Source: an uncultured virus (IMG/VR IMGVR_UViG_3300047312_000104) (taxonomy: Duplodnaviria; Heunggongvirae; Uroviricota; Caudoviricetes). Taken from it: DNA of 35,059 nt. The notes beneath the pieces were generated by a model, which was not told the origin of the DNA, did no database searches, and worked only from the letters and a program-made list of their open reading frames with translations. Location of the stretch: the IMG/VR virus record IMGVR_UViG_3300047312_000104; one strand, given 5' to 3'. The position numbers and the translations under genes were made by a program. Numbering within the stretch: position 1 is the first letter of the stretch; each line of letters opens with the position of its first letter. Of this stretch, positions 24,400-31,703 are shown in pieces.

Positions 24400-25047
24400 C
24401 TAGCCCTCTGCCGGTTCGTCAGCCATCCATTGATACCCTGGCGGTAGTTCCCACAGCTTCACATCGACGCTAGGGGGACCAGTAAGCATCGAAACAGCGA
24501 TGGTACCATCGGGGGATAGCAGGGTGACCCGCTTGGTCTCTAGCGGCTGGGTGATGGCCTTCACGACGGACTCCACCACGATTAGCCGCTCTTCAGCGTA
24601 GCGCCTAATGTGGTCCTGGAGGGCCTGACCGTACCGGAAGTCGAACTCTCGTTCGCTCCAGATCCCATGGGGGTTAACGGCATACCAGACCCTGGATATG
24701 GAATCGACCAGCACTTCGTCCACCAGCCATGACCCAAGGGGTCGCCGGTACCCGATCGTGAACTGGTTAATATCCCATTTTCCATCCCTACCACCAACAA
24801 TCGCCCATTGGACAAAGGCGTCCGAGAAGGCTATCTGGTGGGCAGGACTGGCTTCGCACGCATCCGCAAACCTGTCCCGATCAGCCTGCGACAGGTGATC
24901 GAACAGATTCGCGATATGGGCATCGTTACCCGCGTCGGATTGGAACACCGCCGTAAGGAACTCTGGGGTGATGCTTTTAGGCAAAACCCAATAATTATCA
25001 TCGGGATCGACCGCGAGTCGACCCCCGTCTACTGTGATTTCAAACAT
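24400..25047 (-). CDS. hypothetical protein
   Basis: 215 aa ORF, AAGGA upstream. Confidence 0.8.
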   Translation of the reverse strand: MFEITVDGGRLAVDPDDNYWVLPKSITPEFLTAVFQSDAGNDAHIANLFDHLSQADRDRFADACEASPAHQIAFSDAFVQWAIVGGRDGKWDINQFTIGYRRPLGSWLVDEVLVDSISRVWYAVNPHGIWSEREFDFRYGQALQDHIRRYAEERLIVVESVVKAITQPLETKRVTLLSPDGTIAVSMLTGPPSVDVKLWELPPGYQWMADEPAEG

Positions 25048-25056
25048 TCAGATCCT

Positions 25057-25584
25057 TTATTCGACCGGAGCCTCGTCCACGGGCGGTGTTTCAACCGCTT
25101 CGGGATCTACCTCGTGGTCACCATTGAAGCTATTCCATCCTGGGCCTCGCTTACGCGAGGTTTGACGGAACTTGAGTATGAACCTAATTTCTTCCAACTC
25201 GTCATGCTGTGAGCGCATCACATTCATGGTCTGGAGAGCATAGTTCATCACGTAATTGAGTCGTCCTATCTCCTGAGTCATCTGCTCGATCGTAAGCCCT
25301 TGACCGACACTCGCTGGGGCGTTCCCCAGGACGTATCGGACGTGGCGAATGATCGGGTGGTTGGTTTTCAGGCGCGTAGGGCGCATCAATCGCGAGAGGA
25401 AGCCCATGATCCCGCATAGACGATCTAACTCCTGTTGGAGAGTATCGATCGTGAAATCAACATGTCTGATGGTTTGACCATCGCGTCTATACACGATAGC
25501 CACGCTCTTACGTCTAGGTTCACGACGACGGCGCCGACGCCCCCTCAATCCAGTAAACACTTTTGAGGATTTGGGAGCTGTCAT
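25057..25584 (-). CDS. hypothetical protein, Arg-rich N-terminus with internal helical duplication
   Basis: RGRRRRRREPRRK; two TIxxxxQExxRL units; acidic tail. Confidence 0.75.
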   Translation of the reverse strand: MTAPKSSKVFTGLRGRRRRRREPRRKSVAIVYRRDGQTIRHVDFTIDTLQQELDRLCGIMGFLSRLMRPTRLKTNHPIIRHVRYVLGNAPASVGQGLTIEQMTQEIGRLNYVMNYALQTMNVMRSQHDELEEIRFILKFRQTSRKRGPGWNSFNGDHEVDPEAVETPPVDEAPVE

Positions 25585-25591
25585 GATAGCC

Positions 25592-25939
25592 TTACTGGTT
25601 CGAAATTAAAGTCTTGTGAACAATCTTATGCTGATCAACAATCAGCCCTACCACTGAGGCTGACTCGATTTCAACCTGGGTTCCGTGGATTACCGCCAGG
25701 ACATTTTCGCCGCGAATCAGATTAGCTAACTGGGAACGACCCTGATCATTGTTCTCGTACATGAACACCTTGGGACGGCCTGACTTAAGCGGCAGCGAGA
25801 ATGCGAACAAATGCTGCTTTGGTCTATTGGGTTCCGCCACGGTGTTGCCGCTCTGGAGCGGACCTAGCCCAATCGCCAATCTGGGACCACCAATTACCGA
25901 AGAATGAAAGCCAAACAAATCACCCATTGGCGGCACCAA
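25592..25939 (-). CDS. hypothetical protein
   Basis: 115 aa ORF; start uncertain. Confidence 0.6.
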   Translation of the reverse strand: MVPPMGDLFGFHSSVIGGPRLAIGLGPLQSGNTVAEPNRPKQHLFAFSLPLKSGRPKVFMYENNDQGRSQLANLIRGENVLAVIHGTQVEIESASVVGLIVDQHKIVHKTLISNQ

Positions 25940-26555
25940 ATACCGGCGGTTCTAGCAAGAGCGATGGTTCACTCACAAGACGAAACCGGCGTTTCTTAGT
26001 CAGGTTGGCCGGGAGAGCGACCATTATGTCGACGCCACGCCTGTAGGTTGTAAAGAACGGATCAGCGATCCGGACTTCCTTAAAGTCGCAACACCAGTGT
26101 TCGCCAGTATCGGGGCGGTTGAACTGATACGACGCGATGAAGTCGGCAAACTGCTGGGCGAGTGGCCGAGGGATCCCCTGGATGATATACGCCCAGGGGT
26201 TCTTGCCGAAGTCTGCCCCCTGGACTCGCACGATCGGGTTAGGGGCCTTATGGGTCCTGATCGGTATCGTCTTGGAGGCCGCTGACTGGAAGATCTCCAG
26301 GAGAGACCTATCCACTTTGATCAAACAATACGCAAACCCCAAGTAGAACCACTTGAACTCTTCGGAGAGCTGCGCGGTAGAAGTGGGGGTTTCGTGGCGT
26401 TTTTCCGCATCAATCTTCGTGTGGTGCAGGGGGACCCCGGCAGGGTCAGCAATGACCTGTTTGATCCTCTGGTACTCTTTAACGTCGTATTCTGACTGCT
26501 GATCCGATGAGTCCATACCCGAGACTGTATGGGTCCCCCTGTGGCCCACAACCAC
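25920..26555 (-). CDS. hypothetical protein
   Basis: 211 aa ORF in tiled operon; start uncertain. Confidence 0.75.
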   Translation of the reverse strand: MVVGHRGTHTVSGMDSSDQQSEYDVKEYQRIKQVIADPAGVPLHHTKIDAEKRHETPTSTAQLSEEFKWFYLGFAYCLIKVDRSLLEIFQSAASKTIPIRTHKAPNPIVRVQGADFGKNPWAYIIQGIPRPLAQQFADFIASYQFNRPDTGEHWCCDFKEVRIADPFFTTYRRGVDIMVALPANLTKKRRFRLVSEPSLLLEPPVFGAANG

Positions 26556-27391
26556 TAATGTTGCGAATCACCACACCTGACAGAGGCCTGACAGTCGCGT
26601 TTCTCCACGGGGCAGTCGAAGCACTCATGGGTATAGTCGTGGGGACACTCGGCCTTGTGGAACTCAAACCTAGTCCTGAGCTTCACGATAGCACGGTTGT
26701 GCTTCAACAACTCACCCCCTGGTTTCACCTTCGACTCTGGGTTCTTGGGACGCGGCCCAATCGCCACATCTAGGAACCTCCATTCTTGGTCACCCTTCTG
26801 TTCCACAAAACCCCAGAAGCGTAACCCGAGAAAATGCTTGGGGTTATAGTCATACCTGATACGCCTCGAAAAGGCCACCTGGTACGCCAAATATCCCAAC
26901 CAACTCAGGGGGAACTTGCGGCACACTATCTGGCCAGCCGAATGGCCAGTCATGATCAGCATGGTGAACTCGACCCCCGGCTTGGTTCCAGTCTTGGTCT
27001 GGAACCCAACCTCCTCTACCGCTTGAACCTCTACCGCGACCCACTCGGACACCTGGGGGTTCTCTAGAACCACAATGGGACCCCCGTGGAGCTCGTCTTC
27101 CCTAGCAGAGAACACGAAGGAGAGCTGGCGGGCTAGCTTGTGATCCATCACCCTACCGCCGAACTGCCTGAGGGTCTCGGTGATCGTATCAGGGGAACCA
27201 CCCCACCCAATCACGAGCGTGATCCGCTGGACCAGCCCGGGGATCCGGTGGGGCAAGAGCTGCTCACCCATGACAGCGCTGAATACTCGGTAGAGCTCTC
27301 CCTGGGTCGCCAGGAGGCCGCTGAGCTTCCTACGGGGAACCGGAGAAAGCTCGATCTCTGGTTGGGGGCTAGAGGTCACCCTCAAGTCCAT
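26555..27391 (-). CDS. hypothetical protein with C-terminal Cys cluster
   Basis: 278 aa; CPHDYTHECFDCPVEKRDC metal-binding-like motif. Confidence 0.8.
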   Translation of the reverse strand: MDLRVTSSPQPEIELSPVPRRKLSGLLATQGELYRVFSAVMGEQLLPHRIPGLVQRITLVIGWGGSPDTITETLRQFGGRVMDHKLARQLSFVFSAREDELHGGPIVVLENPQVSEWVAVEVQAVEEVGFQTKTGTKPGVEFTMLIMTGHSAGQIVCRKFPLSWLGYLAYQVAFSRRIRYDYNPKHFLGLRFWGFVEQKGDQEWRFLDVAIGPRPKNPESKVKPGGELLKHNRAIVKLRTRFEFHKAECPHDYTHECFDCPVEKRDCQASVRCGDSQH

Positions 27392-28283
27392 TCATGGTCT
27401 CCAGGAGCTTCTGGGCAGGGGCCAAGACCTCTTGGAGGGCTGCCTTGGCGTTCGCGAATGCTTCCTTGAAGTTCGCCTGGGAACGATCGGAATCGAACCC
27501 AATCTTGACCGCCTCGTTGACCGCGATGTAGGCGTCGGACAAGTAGCCGGACAGCTTCGAGGCCGCCTTATCGACGTCCTTGAGGGCCTTGAGGGGACTT
27601 GCGACCGAGAATTCCTTCTCGGGGGTAAGGCCACGTGAACCAGTCTTCCCATCATCTGGAACCGCTGGGACTGCCATCGAGGCGGTCCCGACACCGTGGG
27701 TTGGCTGCTCTATTGACTCGGCTGAAACGGTGAACATATCTCCGTCAGAGGAGATCACCGTCACGGTATCCTTGGAGGCCGCATCCGAGACCATCGCCTG
27801 GTTGGCTGGGGCAGCGGTGACCCGACGCTGCTTGTTGATCTCGTCATTGAGGGCCTCGATGGTGATGATCTTCCCGTCAGGCATCCGCATCTTACGCTGG
27901 ATGGCTGCCAACTGCTCTCCCTCGAATCCCTGGATGAGATTCAGGTGACCAATCCGCATCCCGCTACTGACCATTTCGGTGATGGTCTCGAACTTGTAGC
28001 GTCCGTAGATGGCCTTGGCACGGAATAGGGTAGATTCCCCGATTGAGAACCCGTCGGCAGCCATATCGGCCGCAAACTGAGCAACGGTCCGGACCCCCAC
28101 TTGACGCTTCTCTTTGGCGTCCGTGAAAGCCTGGAACACCTCTCCGATCCGCCAGTACCACTCGATCTCTGACACGGCCAGTGAACGGGTGACATCGACG
28201 GCTCGCTGGACCAGCGCCTGGTAGGCCGAGTCTTCGCTCGTGGGAGCCGCGGTGGCCGGGACAGCTTCTTGTTTCTTAGACAT
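27369..28283 (-). CDS. DUF1016 N-terminal-like (YhcG-N) putative DNA-binding protein
   Basis: EIEWYWRIGE...GVRTVAQFAADM...GESTLFRAKAIY resembles DUF1016-N YWxIG...G...L..DL...GFS.RNL..M..FY; no PD-(D/E)xK C-terminal domain seen. Confidence 0.55.
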   Translation of the reverse strand: MSKKQEAVPATAAPTSEDSAYQALVQRAVDVTRSLAVSEIEWYWRIGEVFQAFTDAKEKRQVGVRTVAQFAADMAADGFSIGESTLFRAKAIYGRYKFETITEMVSSGMRIGHLNLIQGFEGEQLAAIQRKMRMPDGKIITIEALNDEINKQRRVTAAPANQAMVSDAASKDTVTVISSDGDMFTVSAESIEQPTHGVGTASMAVPAVPDDGKTGSRGLTPEKEFSVASPLKALKDVDKAASKLSGYLSDAYIAVNEAVKIGFDSDRSQANFKEAFANAKAALQEVLAPAQKLLETMNGLEGDL

Positions 28284-28723
28284 TAGGGATCCTCTGGGAA
28301 ATAGTCCGGTTGGTGTTCTTTATAATGAAGCATCTCAAATCCATCGCCACGTATGAGCCACGTAGGCGACACACCGAATTCTCGGCAACAGGCGGTCATA
28401 AGCTCCTTGGCTTCTGTAACCAACTCTTCGGGGCTATCGGGATTATTATCGGTTATGACCGCAAGAGCAGGAAGAAATAACCCCAAGCCGAGCCCCGCCT
28501 TAATAGGTGTTATGCTTCCGCTTTCAACCAACGCCCAAAGGAAACTACAGTACCGTATCGCGGGGTGATCGTCAGTCCCGATGCGGTCTCTGTACTTAGC
28601 AGATAATCTTAGAATGGCCTCACCCGCCACTTCAGCAGACATGGTAGACCAACTATCCGGCGGTTGCATTTCAAGCATCGGGGGCCCATCTGTTTTGAAA
28701 GAATTTAGGGAAGGGGAGGACAT
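28283..28723 (-). CDS. hypothetical protein
   Basis: 146 aa ORF, AT-richer than flanks, TAATG overlap downstream. Confidence 0.65.
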   Translation of the reverse strand: MSSPSLNSFKTDGPPMLEMQPPDSWSTMSAEVAGEAILRLSAKYRDRIGTDDHPAIRYCSFLWALVESGSITPIKAGLGLGLFLPALAVITDNNPDSPEELVTEAKELMTACCREFGVSPTWLIRGDGFEMLHYKEHQPDYFPEDP

Positions 28724-29150
28724 TGAAGCGAAAGTCTTTTAGGGCCACGTGGAGTGAGGGGTCCTCGGCAGTGGCAAGGTTGGTGGCGACCCACCTCCCG
28801 TACCCATAGACAGCGAATATGAGACAACATGGATCCGATGAATCGCCTTTGAATGCCCGGAACTCGTCAGTGACGGGGCACTTGTGCGGGCAGAGGAGGA
28901 GGTCGAAGAAGTTATAGGAGAACTCCCTGGTGGACCCCACCCTCGCTCCGCAGAAGTTCTCACCGTTGAACCAATCCCAGTTGAACATATCCCCATACTG
29001 GGCCCTGAATCCATGCACGGCCTTGGTGGTATGCCCGAGCTGTCTTAGGACGAGTGCCAAGGTACTGAGTTCAAAGTTCAGTATCTTGGCACCTTTAACG
29101 TCCTCCTTATCAGCCAGAAACTTATTCAAATCATCCAGAGGGTCTGACAC
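28671..29150 (-). CDS. hypothetical protein
   Basis: 159 aa ORF starting 2 nt after the recA-like stop. Confidence 0.75.
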   Translation of the reverse strand: MSDPLDDLNKFLADKEDVKGAKILNFELSTLALVLRQLGHTTKAVHGFRAQYGDMFNWDWFNGENFCGARVGSTREFSYNFFDLLLCPHKCPVTDEFRAFKGDSSDPCCLIFAVYGYGRWVATNLATAEDPSLHVALKDFRFNVLPFPKFFQNRWAPDA

Positions 29151-29152
29151 GT

Positions 29153-30418
29153 TTACTCCGTCGGGGTACCGCGATCGATATCAGCATCCTGGACTGACCT
29201 GAATTCTGAGATATGGAGCACGTTCGATATCAGCGCCCTCACTTCCGGGTTAGCCTCGATCGCCTGTCCAAACTCAGTCATGGTCACCCCGTCCAGCCCA
29301 AGCTTCTCGCACTTGATCCGGTTCGCCTTCGGTTGAGTGAAGTACAGTGCTTCGTCGAGACGCTTGATATCCTGAGCGAACGCCTTGTTCTTGTCGTCGT
29401 ACTTCATATCACACAGAAGATTCCCGAGCGCCCCTGCCCAATCCAGACACATGATCTGGCGCTGGGTTGACCTAACCTTGCCGTCTGGATCCGTCACATC
29501 CTGGGGGATGTACTGCCACAGGATGTGGGGACTGATGGTCCTCTTATCCGGCCCAAGGCATGACAGCTCGGACTTGATGAACAGCTGGTGCCCTTGAGCT
29601 GAATATTCCTTATGGGGAAGAGCTGGATGGGACGCCCATTCATCTGGCGACTGCTTCTTTGATACACGGAGACCCAGTGATGCACGGAAGCCGGGCTCGG
29701 CTCCGCCAACTTCCTTGAACTTAGGACCAGTATGGGATGGTTCGATCGACTGCTTGAGATGCCTGACCCACCCAACCGACATAGTGGTCTTGAGCAGGCT
29801 GATCTTCTTCAGCCAATTGGTCACCTTCATGACATCCAGCGGATACCCGCGGGACTCTGCGTGGCCTTCCTTGATCAGATCAATCAACGCGTCTTCGGTC
29901 GAGCTGCCCATCAGGGAGTCGATCCCAAGATACAGGGGGACTCGTTTGCCCTTAGGACGTTCCTCTTCCTTGATGGCATATTCGAGTAAGGAAGTGGCGA
30001 TGGTCTGCCACTCTTCGATCGAATTGGCCGCCTTGTAGATCAGCCGCTTCTTCTGCTCTTCCGTGGTACACCACCACGACATGGCATCAAGCATGCCGGC
30101 AGAGGTCTTATGCTCGGTATCGATCACGATCGAGATCCCGCCAGCCAAGACATTCCATAGCGCGAACTGAACATCCAAGGTGGACTTGAATGACTTCGCC
30201 TCGCCACCGATCTGGAAATAACGCTGACACGGCAGGACCGACGATCCACCGATCAAGTATTGGAACGCCAACGACGGTAGAGGTATCCCCCAGGTGTGCT
30301 CGGCATGGTCCCCCATCGTGTACGCCTTGGTAGAGGTCGAGACCTCGTTGAGGCGGGTCAGGAGAGTAGCGGCGAGTCCCTCAGGGGTTTCAGGTAGGGT
30401 TTCTTTTTGCTTAGCCAT
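29153..30418 (-). CDS. RecA/UvsX-like recombinase (divergent)
   Basis: IPLPSLAFQYLIGG...LP, Walker A GEAKSFKST, IDTEHK catalytic Glu, Walker B LGIDS, GGAEPGFRASLGL; ATG 30418 follows a hairpin (track start 30463). Confidence 0.82.
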   Translation of the reverse strand: MAKQKETLPETPEGLAATLLTRLNEVSTSTKAYTMGDHAEHTWGIPLPSLAFQYLIGGSSVLPCQRYFQIGGEAKSFKSTLDVQFALWNVLAGGISIVIDTEHKTSAGMLDAMSWWCTTEEQKKRLIYKAANSIEEWQTIATSLLEYAIKEEERPKGKRVPLYLGIDSLMGSSTEDALIDLIKEGHAESRGYPLDVMKVTNWLKKISLLKTTMSVGWVRHLKQSIEPSHTGPKFKEVGGAEPGFRASLGLRVSKKQSPDEWASHPALPHKEYSAQGHQLFIKSELSCLGPDKRTISPHILWQYIPQDVTDPDGKVRSTQRQIMCLDWAGALGNLLCDMKYDDKNKAFAQDIKRLDEALYFTQPKANRIKCEKLGLDGVTMTEFGQAIEANPEVRALISNVLHISEFRSVQDADIDRGTPTE

Positions 30419-30428
30419 ATTGCTTTCA

Positions 30429-30461
30429 GCACGGGGCAGGGTCGAAACCCTGCCCCGATGC
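30429..30461 (-). promoter_or_regulatory. stable UUCG-loop RNA hairpin between SSB-like and recA-like genes
   Basis: CGGGGCAGGGT-TTCG-ACCCTGCCCCG on minus strand; no U-tract. Confidence 0.75.
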
Positions 30462-30465
30462 ATTA

Positions 30466-31623
30466 TCAGTTAGCCTTCTTCGGCGGGATCGTCTTGATCA
30501 TCTCTTGGAACGCTGCCGCCAACGCGGTGGCGTCCGGCGGTGCGGTCGGGTTTGGGGTAACCGAAGGCGCTACCACCACAGGGGCCGCCGGGGCCGGAGC
30601 TGCCGCAGGGGCAGGGGCCCCAACGCCAGCCAGGGATGCCGCCCAGTTGAACTGAGGCGGTACCTGGGTCACCGTCTGGGTCACAGGAGCACCTTGGGCA
30701 GCCGTGACCGCCTGGGGGGCGGGCTGGGCTGCCACAGGGGGCGGGGTCGGAGCCTGGGGGACCGTCGAGATACCGAGCCGAGCCATCGTCTGCCCCACAG
30801 GGGCATTCATGGCCAGGACGACCGGCGGGAAACAGCGCGCCATCTGGGCCACGTGCTCCTCGTAGGTCCGGTACTTGATCGCCTTGTCCCACGCCACCCA
30901 CGTCTCGCCAATCTTATCCGGAAGAGGGATCGGCTGACCACGGGTAACCGTGAACTCATTCGAATCCAACCCACGGGTGGAAGGCTGACCAGAGATCACA
31001 ATCGAGATCCCGGTTTGGAGGTTAAACAGGTCCTCCTTGTTCTGTGCGGCTTCGACCATCATCTTCTGGAGAGCCTTCGCGGCAGTGGACTTCAGAAGCA
31101 GACAGGCACGGACCATCGGGGGCGTGCAGGGCTTGGAATTCAGCTGGATGCAGATTCCCTGCACCAGCATGTACTCATCCGGCTTGGCCAGGATCGCTCC
31201 ACGGTCGGCAGGCTTGGTCACGAGATCCAGAACGGTCTGGAGGAGCTCGGTCGGGACTTCCCGCTTCTTCAGCTTCGACTTGAGCCGGATGTAGGTACCG
31301 GACCAGGGGTTGTCGAAATCATTCAGGGTGGGCATGTCCTGGGACGTAGTGAAACCAGTCCACCGGGCCGAGCCATTGAAACCACCAGCCAGGACCACTA
31401 GATGCTCGGGACGAACGGCAGAGAAGCGAGGCCCATAGGCATCGAATCCAACCGCCATCGGGAGCGGGTTACCGGCCTGGTCGAGCTCGGGGATGGGACG
31501 AAAGATCGTCACACACTCCGGCTTGGCCGTGGGCTTGATCGGGATCAGGGCGTTGTCAGCGAACAGACCCGCGTAAGGGTCGCGAGACTCTTCGGGGGGC
31601 TTTGAGAAGGAAACTCCGGACAT
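30466..31623 (-). CDS. hypothetical protein, possible single-stranded DNA-binding / recombination mediator
   Basis: Lies between DNA polymerase and recA; TIFRPIP N-terminal strand, long Pro/Ala/Gln low-complexity tail, strong codon bias; function inferred from context only. Confidence 0.5.
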   Translation of the reverse strand: MSGVSFSKPPEESRDPYAGLFADNALIPIKPTAKPECVTIFRPIPELDQAGNPLPMAVGFDAYGPRFSAVRPEHLVVLAGGFNGSARWTGFTTSQDMPTLNDFDNPWSGTYIRLKSKLKKREVPTELLQTVLDLVTKPADRGAILAKPDEYMLVQGICIQLNSKPCTPPMVRACLLLKSTAAKALQKMMVEAAQNKEDLFNLQTGISIVISGQPSTRGLDSNEFTVTRGQPIPLPDKIGETWVAWDKAIKYRTYEEHVAQMARCFPPVVLAMNAPVGQTMARLGISTVPQAPTPPPVAAQPAPQAVTAAQGAPVTQTVTQVPPQFNWAASLAGVGAPAPAAAPAPAAPVVVAPSVTPNPTAPPDATALAAAFQEMIKTIPPKKAN

Positions 31624-31649
31624 AGGAACCTTTCTTATAGGTTGTGTGA

Positions 31650-31676
31650 AGCGTAATCAAATTAACTGCTAGTCAA
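31650..31676 (-). promoter_or_regulatory. candidate promoter TTGACT-N15-TACGCT
   Basis: AT-rich 80-nt intergenic gap upstream of ATG 31623. Confidence 0.45.
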
Positions 31677-31703
31677 GTCACTATTGGGACGACAGCCCTA
31701 CTA

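Noticed and set aside
30505..31401. 298 aa plus-strand ORF
   Set aside because: Antisense to the SSB-like gene; Arg/Gly-rich composition typical of GC-rich shadow frames
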